Source: Lama guanicoe | Taxonomy: Eukaryota | NCBI GenBank assembly: GCA_013239625.1 | Contig: MU056000.1 | Span: 9,432,232-9,496,231 of the forward strand | DNA length: 64,000 bases | Direction of reading: 5' to 3' | In this document: positions 52,587-64,000 of the stretch, piece after piece | Position numbering within the stretch: position 1 is the first letter of the stretch | Layout: every line of letters begins with the position of its first letter | Translations under genes and position numbers: made by a program | Notes under the pieces: generated by a model | The model's database searches: none | Told to the model about the DNA's origin: nothing | Seen by the model: only the letters and a program-made list of their open reading frames with translations

Positions 52587-53358
52587 TCCTTGTTATGTGT
52601 GTGATTAATTATTTCAAAAGTTTAAGTAGTTTTGACACCCTAGTTCTAAGGAGAAGCAGACCCAAAGAGTTCTATCTAAAATGAACAAACTATTTGAAAA
52701 AATCAGTGCAGGGAGGCCTGGCTCCCTTTATCATTGCCTTTGGATAGAAATGATCTATGGAGATGAAGTCAAGACATAATTTCATTTCCCCAATGACAGT
52801 GGATCCAACAAGCCAAATGCTCACTCCCCATAGCAATATGAAGTATCAAGCTATCATAATTATCTGAAAATGTTTTCTCAAAGGAACTTTGCAAAGTTAT
52901 AATTATTGTAACATTTTATTAATCTAATTGCACTAATGTGACATTCATTTTTCTTAAGAAAGTAACAGTAAGTTTTAGTGTGACTTGCTTGAGAATAATA
53001 GCTTGTCAAACTTATTTCTATCTTTTTTCAAGAAAAAAAAATTTAAAACCCTTTAATGAGCATTGAGTTTTCAGGGAATCAGTAAGACTCTACTCTATAA
53101 GGTAGACTTTGAGTGAGGCTCTCCCAACACATAAAAGTAAAAGCTTTTAAAGTACCCTAAAATTAGTACAGTCCATCTGAATGCTAGTACATATCATCAC
53201 ATAAAACCTATTGGCAGAGACTGAGGTTTTTCAAAAAATCATAAGCTACGTAACATTTAAAAAGCTTTACTTACTGGGAAACTTTAATTTTGAAGATAAA
53301 CAGGAAATTGCAAACCATATTAAAATACTAAGGATTGCAAGTCTAATTCAGACCAAAA

Positions 53359-53445
53359 TCACGTGAAATTCAAATGTGGCCCTGCTCATCCCTCTTTGCG
53401 CGTTCTATATAAAGTGTTGTCACAGCAGCTTCTTGGTCTGAGGAG
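53359..53445 (+). promoter_or_regulatory. Candidate TATA-box core promoter with upstream E-box
   Basis: TCACGTGA at 53359-53366, retained GCGCG at 53398-53402, TATATAAAG at 53406-53414; motif evidence only. Confidence 0.3.
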
Positions 53446-54292
53446 AAATTCAGAAGATTTGAAACTAAACAAACACTTGCTTATTTACCAACTTCCACCC
53501 TGAAGGAGTACAGTCTGGCTAATGAATTTGTGCTCAGTAGTTTGACATTCAACAAGATCCTGAAAGTCAAAATAGTATCTTGCTCTCATTAATACCTTGT
53601 TCCTCAATTGGAAGCACACACAGGAAATATTGTCCTGATATCTACTGGAATTTTTTTACATTAAAGTAAAACTTAGAGAAGGATAGGTGGCATATCTAGA
53701 AAAAGACGTTTGAACCATCTTCCTACCCATAATGCATGGGGTGATGGGACCTCTCACTTCCCCCTCAGCACCTACTTCGTTCAGGCCTGATATCTGCCCA
53801 AAACAAACATGTGTCTTTGAGCAAGTATTGTCCTCTAAAGAGTGCCCTTTTTAAAATAAAATATTCCTGAGATTAATGATACAATCACAAGATAAATTAT
53901 AATAATGATAATAAATTCATAATAATAACAATTAAAATTTGCTGAGTGATTACCATTTAACTGGCACTGTGTTAACACACAAACCACGTCATCAGGACTT
54001 CCCTGTTTTCCTGTGAAGCAGGTTCCATTAAGGCTCTTGGTTACACACAAAAGAAATCAATCTGATTGGTGTAAGTAAGAAAGTAATGTTCATAGAAACC
54101 ACCCCAGGGACAGCACACCTAAAATTGTTGGATAAAACTTTTTTTTAAAAAAAAGCATATTTTAAAAGTATTAATGAGCTGGTTGGAAGTAACACAGGAC
54201 AAATTCATAGGTAACTGATCAATAGGAGTTACAGTTCGTGATCAGATTTCTGGTGATCTATAGGGACATAAAGATTGTCTGTGAAGGGACCT

Positions 54293-54390
54293 AGGAAAGA
54301 AAAGAAATGAAAAAAAGAGGAAAAAAGAAAGAGAAAAAAGAGAGTGAGAGAGGAAGAAAGCAAGGAAGCAAGGAAGGAAGGGGAGAAAAA
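54293..54390. repeat. Purine-rich (GA/GAA/GGAA) low-complexity tract
   Basis: Direct reading. Confidence 0.85.
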
Positions 54391-54439
54391 GGTGTAAGAA
54401 TTGGAAAAGAAATATAACACTTACTGGCCACTGATATAA

Positions 54440-56820
54440 GTGTCTTCATAGAAAACCCAAATCAATCTACAGATTAATTTGTCTATAGAAAAATTATTAG
54501 AATAAATAAGATTTTAATGAGGATCTATAAAATGACATACTACCTTTGCAACAAATGGTGCTGGAAAAACTGGATATACGTATGCAAAAGAAGGAAGTTG
54601 GGCTTTTACCTTACATTATACACAAAAATCAACTATAAATGGATTGAAAGACCTCAATTTAGAAGCTATAACTATAAAACTTTTAGAAGAAAACATTGAG
54701 GGAAAATCCTCTTAACTTTAGATTTGCTGCAATTTCATGGCTATGCCACTGAAAACACAGGCAACAACAGAAACACTAGATAAACTGGACTACATCAAAA
54801 TTAAAAACTTGTGTATCAAGGAACACGATCAACAGTGAAAAAGCAACTCGTGGAATGGGAGAAAATGTTTGCAAACCATACATCTAAGAGATTAATATCC
54901 AGAATGCATGAACAACTCCTAAAATCGAACAACAAAAAACAAAGAACTTGATTAAACAATGTGCAAAGGACTTAAATAGACGTTTCTTTAAAGATACACA
55001 AATGGTCAGTAAACACAAGAAAAGATGCTCAGCATTATTATTTACTAGAGAAATATAAACTGAAACCATAATGAGATATGACTTCACACCCACTAAGAGG
55101 GCTACAGTAAAAAAACTGGTGAAGATGTGGAGAAACTGGAACCCTTACACACTGCTGTGGGAGACAGTTTGGTGGTTCCTCAGTAAGCTAAAAATAGAAC
55201 TATAGGACCCAGAAACTTCCACTCCTAGCTGTATATCCAAAAGAATTAAAACAAGAGACTAAAACAGATATTTATATACCAATGTTCATAGCAACATTAT
55301 TCAGGGTGGTGAAAAGGTAGAAATGCCCAAAGTGTCTGCCATTAGGTGAATTGATAAACAAAATGTGGGTAGAGAAAAAAGTATATATATCTCCCACATT
55401 TAATTTAATTATTTAATTACATATTTAATTTAAAATATAATAAATTTAATTATATGTATAAGAATTATATATAAGAATATTATTCAATCATTAAAAGGAA
55501 GGACATTTTGATATGCACTACAAAATGGATGGACCTTGACAATATTATGCTAAGTGAAATTAGCCACACACTGAAGGACAAATATATGACTCCACTTACA
55601 TACTCATATAGGGTACATAAAATAGGCAAATTCATAGCGTCATAAAGTTAAATAAAATTAAAGGAGCTGCAGGGAGAGGAGAATGGAAAGTGATTGTTTA
55701 ATGGGTGCAAAATTTAGTTTTTGTCTTGGATGATGTAAAATTTGGGGTATAAACGGGGTAATACTTATGCAACACTTTGAATATACTTAATGCCACTGAG
55801 TTATACAGTTACAAATGGTTAAAGTAATAAATTCTATGTTATTCATATTTTCCCATGTAAAATGCCAAGGAATATCAATAAAAAATTGCATCACACACCC
55901 CCGAAGACCTATGAGAAAATTAAAATATCATTTTCACTAGCAACAACAACAAAAAATTAGGTATCTGGAATTAAATTTAAAAAGTATATGCATAAACATT
56001 TTCTAGGAAGTTATAAGACATCATTGGAAAACATTAAGAAAATAAACAAATAAAATTCGTAATATATCCATAGATAAGAAAATCCAATTATTATAAATAT
56101 ATTAATTCTATCTAAATTTCTTACAGATTCAATAAAATCCCAATCCGAACCACGAAATGGCTTCTCATAGAACTTGGTAAGCTAATTTTAAATCTATTTG
56201 GAAGAGCAAAGGTCCAATTAACAGTCAACACAGTCCTGAAAAATAAAAAAACCACAAATAGCCTCTACTGATATTAAGAATAGTTAAAATAACCTATTGT
56301 TAATAAAACAATGTAGTATTGACGCAGAAAAAGACAAGTAGATCAATGGAACAGAATCAAGAGTTCAGAAATGAGACAACTGGTCATCTACAAGGAAAAA
56401 AAATTAAAAGATACCTCGAGCTTACAGTACGTATACATACACACATCACAAATGGATTGTGGACTTAAATGTGTAAGAAAAATCTTTAAAGAAAGAAGTA
56501 AAGGTAAATAACTTCATGACTTTGGAGTAATGGAAGATTTCTTAAACAGTGTATTTTTAAAAGTCAACCCATTTAGGGTAAGATTGATGATTTTGACTAC
56601 TTTAATTTTAAGATTTCTGTTCATCCTGAGACATCAGACATAGAGCAAAGGATAACCTACAAACAGGAAAATTTTCGCGTGCAAAGGCAAAGAACTGGTT
56701 TCCAAAATATATTAAGAATTTGTCCAAATCTATCAAAGACAGAGCTCCCAATACAAAAATGCAGAAAGTCACACAAAGGCAATTCACACACATACACAGA
56801 AAAACATCAAATGTCTAGAA
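54440..56820 (+). mobile_element. Old L1 ORF2 remnant (54440-54527 and 55868-56820) interrupted by a younger L1
   Basis: TAGAAAACCCAAA..AATCTACA before the insert; ACAGATTCAATAAAATCCCAATC, GATCAATGGAACAGAAT and related L1 ORF2 motifs after it. Confidence 0.75.
54538..55857 (+). mobile_element. 5'-truncated LINE-1 (L1MB-type) nested in older L1
   Basis: ORF 54517-54699 (NKWCWKNWI..CKRRKL..YLTLYTKIN.KWI) is L1 ORF2; L1MB-type 3' UTR; flanked by TAAAATGACA / TAAAATGCCA. Confidence 0.92.
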
Positions 56821-58599
56821 GTCACATAATAAGGTGCACAATGTCAGTACTGAAGTATCATGACACAGGAATATTACAGACCACCCCAGGAAGCTCCTTG
56901 TCCATTGTTGTCCCCAGAGAGGAGAACCTGGCATGTCATCAGAACTGACTGCACAGCTTTTTCATTCCATTCTACGTAAACATGATAATAAATGCATGTC
57001 CTTCAGTTATGGAGTGAAGATGGCACTGCAAATCACATGAGGAAAGCCACATGAAGTGGATTTACTACATTTAATTAGACACAGAAATAATAAATGGGCC
57101 CTTCCAATGAGTGTCAATTTACCAACATCTTCCCACTTAGACTCTGCAATAACTAACCTCATTCAGTCACATAAAATGACACCTGCTGAAACCAAAGCCC
57201 ATTCTTATTTATGACAACTTCAGAAAAAAAAACTGCACAATATCAGTTATAGAAACAAGGGAATAAATTCCATTTGAAGCTGAAGTCACTGAAAATATTT
57301 TCAGAATAAATGAGGAAATCATTATTTTAAAAATATTTTCTTAAAAAAGTAATACGACAACCAGTTAAAACAAGTGCATTTATTTTGGAGTCTCATTAAA
57401 ATTTAATTTATTAAAAAATTAAAACTCTAGGGAAATAATTTTATATATAGATATACATATATTGCAAACTGAAATAGACATATAGGTACTATATAAGATT
57501 TTGTGTCATGCTGAGAAGATTCTAGAAGACTTCATTTAGGTTAAATTAAGATCAGTTAAAATAATATACTTTCTGTAAATTATAAAAAAAAATTATAGCA
57601 AAACATAAGATCACATTCACCCTCTGAGTTCTCACTCCCTCACTCCTCAGTGTATAAATGTGCAGATCTCATTAAATATAAGTTTGACCTTAAAACTGAA
57701 ATGCAGGGTGGCTCTGTCTTTTTGGATATAAAGCTTATGGGTCTTCCTCATGAATACATCTGATTTTCACCGATTTGTTGAAGAAACAATGGAGAACACT
57801 CACCCTATGCATGTATCTGATTACCATCAGCAGCCCTTAAGGTGTGTGGCTGAAGGAAATCACAGAATAGATGCAGAAAACATAATCACCTTGATTTGTT
57901 GCAGTAGGAATTCTAGCTCGCCCGTGCTACGATCGTGAAACACGCTTAGTTGAGTCCCCTTTTGGCCCTTACAAAGTGAAGATGCTTGCTACCTACTACA
58001 GGTCAGTATTTATTCAAAAGCATAAGCCCAGCTTCCTGAAAGCTGGTAAGGATTTTAGCCAATGTCTCATTCATCTGTTTCCAGAAAAGCTACCAGGTAA
58101 GTCCTAGGTGGGTGAGTGAATCTAGGTGAGAATGGATGGGTGAAGTTTGGACATTTCATTCTTAGCAGAGGAGAACTGATTGTGTCATATAATTTTGAAA
58201 AGGCACCATTACAAAGATTATCTTTGATACTATTGTGAAATATATACTGAAAGGGGAAGCAATTACAAAAGAGTAAGGCAAAAAGACAAAGGGGGTTAAT
58301 AGGCATGATCAGAACAGCAAGTATGGGAGGCAACTGAGAGGCAGACAAGAAATCCAGCCACGGAACCTTAGTCTGAGGTACCACTTCCCTCCAGCGTGTT
58401 CTAATCTTCAGTGAGGTGTGTCACAAGCATGTGTTACCCACATGAGTCTTGGACAATGACATGTTTACATTCACAGCAAACTCCTAAGACTCCCTTTAAC
58501 CTCTTCAATAGAAAGCTCATTTGGTAACGCTGTCTTAAAGAGAGAGAGAAAAACGAGGCTTCTGAGAATTGCCACTAGGGGATTCCCCCTTTGAAGTGC

Positions 58600-58830
58600 A
58601 TCTGTCATGGGCACTCCATGGAGAAAAGTATGGAGAAGTGCTATTGTGGAGAAGATACGCCCCGGCTGGGGTCCCCAAAGACTTCTTACTTTTTCTGTTG
58701 CATAGCCCCAAAGGATGAAGTCATGTAGAAGTCTACACACATTAACTGGCCTTGTCAACCTCTGCACAAACATATGTTTCATCCAGATAATCAGATGCAC
58801 GTCCCAATAATCTACCAAAATGTGCTTTAT
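58600..58830 (-). mobile_element. Possible decayed Tc1/mariner-superfamily transposase fragment
   Basis: Minus-strand translations AHFG...DYLDETY and HDFILWGYATEKV recall the (GAP)AHF..VRDYLDETF...LDFFLWGY.K.KV region of mariner-like DDD transposases. Confidence 0.4.
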
Positions 58831-60344
58831 ATTCAGTTTCGTGTATGGGGAGAGCATTGTGGGAAGACAGAATTCAGGTGGCTAAGGAGAGAGAAGTATA
58901 GAGTAAAAATGGGGGGGAAATGCAGGGGACCTTCAGGCGAAGCAAAGTCAGGCTGAACAGCCTGAAATGGATGAAAAGAAAGACAGCGCGTGAGCCTGTT
59001 AGTGTACAGCTCTCTTAAGGCTCCGTGGTATGCTAGGAAGCCACATGCTGTAAGAAAATTCAGTGGAGGCAAAACTGAAGATGTCTCTCCGTATAACTTG
59101 CAGAGGTGGGGCAGAATCAGAAGCCAGGAAAGAAAGAACCAAAAGTGCCCAATCCAGGGATTGCACATCCTTGGGGAAGCAAAATCCCATTACAGTTACA
59201 TGGAGAATGTGAATCTTTAGAAATATCTTTGTAAAAGCCTATGTAAGTGAGGTGGGAGATTATAGTTAAGGCAATTTTTTTTTTTTTTAGTAAAAGGAGA
59301 GTGGCAGGGCTGGGAAAGAAAGTAAAGTGCAATTTAAAAGGGGAGGATTACAGGGGAAGGATGCAAACCAGGCTTTGAGAATCTCAGGACTAGCCTATTG
59401 TCTCACGGAGCTGCTAATGACTTGGTAGGTTACCTGGCATATCCATTGTAAAGGAGACAACTGGAGGGAGCAGTAATTAATCACAATAAATTATAATTGA
59501 ACGCTACAGTTTAAGGCATGGGGGCACTTGGGACGTGTTCAAGCACAGAGCATCCTTCCCATTCTGAAGTCCTGGACAGACAATTACCAGCCCACTTTAT
59601 ACTTTCTGTCATCTTCTTTGCTTTGAACGGTTTTTGTTTTTTCGTTCTCACCACAGATCCGTTTTCTCCCTGTTCTTTCTGATTCCTCTTTCCCTTGCCT
59701 TTCCTATCAATCTCTCAAGAGATCTTAAGTTTTAGCAGCTATTTCCTTAGATAAATTTTCTACATCAATTTTTGGAGTGAGATCGCAGAGAGAAGAGAAC
59801 CTCTTATAACAGCAGATTGACTCACTGCTCAGTCCTGAGCTGCCTTATTTGGAGAGTGGCCACTTTTACTATCATTGAAAGATCACCAGAAAAAGTTACA
59901 TTCTGTGATAATCGCAACAAAAGAAACAGCTTCTAACATAAACACATAATGGAAAGAATCCCTAATAAATAGAGGGGGAAGATACAATTGAAGAGATCTT
60001 GATTTATTACATATAATAAGCAAATTGAAAATGGATGTTGGGCGTAAGTCATGTTATTCTTAAGTATTATTGCAGTTGTCCGATTAAAAGATTGGAAGGT
60101 GTATGCATAGTGTATTTTAACTATTTGAAATTCAGTGAGCTCATGCTTTAGAAATAGTTCACCCTCCTTTTCAATTTATTCTTTGTTTCTAAAGAAATTG
60201 GAGTATTGAAATAAGGCCAAAAAAGTTGACATTTTGATTCCAAAAGGAATAGCATTCTGGTGCTGACTCATGATGAAAAGCAATGCACATCTAGCTAGAC
60301 ATGAAGTTTGACAAAAAGAGGTGCCAAAGGAGAAGGAGCTCATA

Positions 60345-60858
60345 TTGGTGGATCAGAAAGGCTCTTAGATGTAAATACTAGAATCCCCTCTCGTTAACGT
60401 AAGCAGGAAGAAATTTACTAAACAATATAGGTAGAACACAGACTTTCTAAGAGGGTCAAGAACCACACTTGGAGGCTTATACAGCTAGCTTAAATGCCCA
60501 AGACACACTGGTAGACTGGTTGCTGCCATCAGCATCATGGCCCTTGAACCAGCATCACTGATGCTGGGCGGGAGGTTCCTCTGGCAGGACCTCTTCAATT
60601 GCTGCCTTGAAAAGATAGACATTTCCACCACATGGTTCTTCCTTTTCAGCTCACACTCTGCTGAAATAAAATTTTGGTTAGATGCCTCTGAATGATGAAT
60701 CTGAGATCATGTGCTAAGCCCCAGCTGTGAAGGAAGTGGGAAAGTGAGTTCCTAGCTCTTGTCTTGAGGACATGCAACTTGTAAGTTGGAAAATTCTCAC
60801 ATAGGAGAGACATTCAAGTAGCGCTATGTATCTAAAAATGTATGCTCAAAGTCCACTG
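60345..60858 (-). mobile_element. Old MaLR LTR remnant (MLT1K/L-like)
   Basis: AAGCAGGAAGAAATTTACTAAA..ATATAGGTAG..CACAGA and GATCATGTGC...CCAGCTG..AAGGAAG.GGGAAAGTGAGT. Confidence 0.6.
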
Positions 60859-61379
60859 AAGTAAAGGAGGTTTAAACAAATACCTTAAGACCCTCTAAAT
60901 GATGAGACAAAAATATTAAAATGTGATCAAATATCTGTGTCATTGCTTTCTAGTTGGTTTCTCTGGTGGTGCCTCGACAATGTGTGCAAAATTTCCGGCG
61001 TTCAGTGACAACCAGAACGGTTATCTCAGAGCTCCACCTTGTCCAGCTTGTCTTTTAAAACTGTCGCTAGGCTTACAGACCCTCTGAATCAGTTACTTCG
61101 TTTGATACATGCGTGGAGGCTAAATAAATTAGCAAAGACGATCCAAATAATCAGTTGCAAAGCTAGAGCTGGAAAAATGCAATTATGCATCTGCGACATG
61201 TCATTCACACTTACATTTCCCACGTGCTGGTCGAATGAGTCCGACTACTGAATTTTATTTCCATTTCATCAGCTCTATAACCCCCTGTAATCCCCTAGTA
61301 CTGGGATGAACATCCTGCTCAAACTTACTTCTTGCTGTACCGTTCGCCCTTTGTACAACCAGGACTTTCTCCAACCAAG

Positions 61380-61727
61380 TTTGGTTTGTGAAGCCCAAAT
61401 TGTCCACACACTTGTGAGCTTGTGAACCTTGGTATATGCTGTTTCCACTCTCTAGAAGTTCCTTCCAGATTTTCTGATTGAAAATGACCTACAAGTTCTT
61501 GGAAGGTAAATCACGTATAACCCTAAGTCTACTCCAACACACCAGATCCATGCAGAACCATGGTTTACCAAATGTGTGTGTATTACATTACATCTCTATT
61601 ATTTATTTATACATACGCCCCCTCCAACAATGTTTCAGCAGCATTGCCTTACTCATCTCTGAATGTTGAGTAATTTCAGTTTGCCTTATCCATAGGGCCC
61701 CATTAAATGTTTGATGACTGAATGAGT
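61380..61727 (+). mobile_element. L2 3' remnant
   Basis: ATGCTGTTTCCACT..CTAGAA and ATTAAATGTTTGATGACTGAATGA 3' end. Confidence 0.55.
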
Positions 61728-62943
61728 CAATCCATAAGTCCATGTTATATGTGAGACACCTTCAAAATAAGACTCTGGGTACACAAGTACATTAACATTA
61801 AATATATTAAGTATATTAAATATTTTGTAAATGTGATTTTTGGAAACATGTTATTTTTACTGACTCATATGGCAAAGGATGTTAGAACAGGCTTTCAGGA
61901 TACCTAATTTTCAGGGATTCTTAAATTTGAGGCTCACTTTTAAACATTGACAATAGCATTGGTTGAGAAATTAAAATATAGTTGATTATGTAAATTTAAG
62001 TTCTCTTAAGACTGCCTTTCAGTTCATTTTTTTAAATAAAACTGGTACCTATACAAAAATCTTATCATGAAAATCCAGATAGGCATTTTACACTGAAGTT
62101 CTGTATTCATATCATGAATGAGAGAAAAAAATGATTTAGAGGTGCGAGGCTTAGATAAAATCTTAATTGGAGAATTTATGGAGCCATCTTTTCCATTCTG
62201 ATTTGATTCAATAGTCATATTGTGAAATAAAAGAGATTGAATTTCCCAGGGCCAAATATGATTATAAAGAAAACTACTTAGACGTTCTGAATGTAAGGTT
62301 CTCAAAATGTGGTTAAATAATAAATATTATTTTGTAAGACAATAGTACATCAACTGTTGGGCATTAAAATTTGATGTATGAAAGCTTCTAAAACATCCTC
62401 GTCCTGAAGCCCTGTATCCCTGTAGGGAATTTCTGTCATCACCATCTGCATTCTGCAGACTTTAGAGGATAACAAGTAAAAATCTTCACAGTGCAGCCCA
62501 TTCCTATTAGATAGAAATCTTTGAAAGTTTGGCAGGATTTCACCTTGATTCCTTTAACTCAAAAGCTGATGTAAGAGATTTCAGTGGAGCTAGATATTAA
62601 ACTAATGACTGCATTCATCACACCAAAGGGCTTTTTTCAATTAAACGGAATTCAAGACTGTCTGGGTTTTTTTTAATGTAACCTTATTCCATCTTTCTAA
62701 GTACGGCTGGTGTTTTGCAAGACTTGTTAAACTTTACCTCCTTTCTGATACGAGAAGGGAGGCAATAAAGGATAACGGGCAAATCTGAAGCAGAGTTATT
62801 TGATTATTCTAAAATATTACATTGTGATTCAGCATTGAATCCTGAGTTTACTATCTGAGCTGAAAGGCACAAAACCAGAATAGTAAGGTGTACATTTGAT
62901 GAAAATGAAGCTGCTCATTAAAGGAATGACTGCAATTCCACAT

Positions 62944-63655
62944 TTTCTTTTTTTAATTTTATTTTTCCAGTTTTATTGAGAAATAATTAAAGTATAAAAT
63001 TGTATAAGCTTAAAGTGCACAACACAGTGATTTCACATATGTATATATTACAGAATGATTACAATAAATTTGGTTAACATCCATCGAATCACATAGTTTA
63101 TTTTTTTCCTTATGATGAAAACTTCAGATTTATTCTCTTGGCAATTTTCAAATATATGAAACAGTGTTATTAGCTATAGTCATCATGTTATACACTGCAT
63201 TCCCAGAACTTATTTATCTTGTAGAAGTTTGTATCTTATGATCACCTTCACCCACTTCACCTACCCTCTCCATCCCTTGCCTCTGGCAATCACAAATCTC
63301 ATCTCGGTTTCTATGAGGTTGTTTTTTGTTTTTTGTTTTTTGTTTTTTTGATTCCACATATAAGTAAAATCATGCAGTATTTTTCTTTCTCTGTCTGACT
63401 TATTTAGCTTAGCATAATGCCCACAAGATCCATACACAATGTCTCAAATGGCCAAATTTCCTTATTTTACATGGCTGAATAGTATTGCATTAAATAAATA
63501 TATACATTTTTTTTTATATATCACAAATTCTTTACCCATTCTTCCGTCATTAAACACTTAGGTTGTTTCCATGGCTTGGTTATTGTAAATAATGCTGCAG
63601 TGAACTTAGAGGTAAAAGATCTTTTCAGGATAGTGATTTTTTCATTGGGATATAT
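62944..63655 (-). mobile_element. 5'-truncated LINE-1 (L1MA9-like) 3' end
   Basis: Poly-T then TTTTATTGAGAAATAATT..., TTCCCAGAACTTATTTATCTT, GATTCCACATATAAGT, TGTAAATAATGCTGCAGTGAAC. Confidence 0.93.
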
Positions 63656-64000
63656 GCGCATACATATTTTTTTGCACACACACACACAAAAGAGTTTTAT
63701 GGACCCTCAAGGAGGACAGAATCCACAGGAGGAAAAAGCCTTGTTTTTGTACATGAGGGCTGCCCAACACACACCAAACAGTGCAGCTGAAGGCAAGATA
63801 AATGGCAGGCCATAGCCCTAGAAAATAGCAAAAGATATTTCAAACTAACAAGAGGCTGGTGTAACCAGTTAATTAATCACGTATTTTAAAACTTCTTACA
63901 AAAAGCTTAAAATAAAAAGTCTTAATGAGAAGGTATGGTTGTGTCATAGTTTAATAGGAAGTGGTTTTTTTTTCTTTCCTAAGTGGAAATAAGACAAACT

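Noticed and set aside
54229..54320. Minus-strand acceptor followed by GPFTDNLYVPIDHQKSDHEL-stop, superficially a KDEL-like terminal exon
   Set aside because: The pyrimidine tract is simply the low-complexity repeat; DHEL is not a canonical retrieval signal; no upstream exons found.
60549..60567. Inverted repeat CCAGCATCA-C-TGATGCTGG
   Set aside because: A 9-bp arm is expected by chance in 64 kb, lies in an LTR remnant, and is too short for a pre-miRNA.
1..64000. Prokaryote-style systems (CRISPR, operons), tRNA/rRNA/snRNA genes, NUMT or non-retroviral viral insert
   Set aside because: None seen by eye; composition and repeats are uniformly mammalian non-coding DNA. A covariance-model or BLAST search could still reveal short decayed copies.

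Overview
This is AT-rich, CpG-depleted eutherian mammalian genomic DNA, probably from a laurasiatherian; one L1 3' terminus looks cetartiodactyl-like. I found no recognisable protein-coding gene, RNA gene or processed pseudogene. The supplied ORFs are either broken LINE-1 ORF2 fragments or chance ORFs. By eye, roughly 40-50% of the window is ancient transposable-element debris: L1M-type LINE-1, L2, MIR, many MaLR (MLT1) LTRs, ERVL/ERV1 solo LTRs, and MER20/MER58A/MER46C DNA-transposon remnants. Several are nested, and I saw no young lineage-specific SINE. The window is intergenic or deep-intronic. The observations most worth following up are a possible highly decayed Tc1/mariner-type transposase fossil (~58.6-58.8 kb, minus strand), a CpG-retaining patch at ~61 kb, a TATA/E-box promoter-like element at 53.4 kb, a CTCF-like site at 49.27 kb, a + strand bias among LTRs, and repeated microsatellite birth at the same homologous L1 site. 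I do not see support for a new biological system. Repeat family names come from recalled consensus sequences, not a database search, so subfamily calls and boundaries are approximate (tens of bp).
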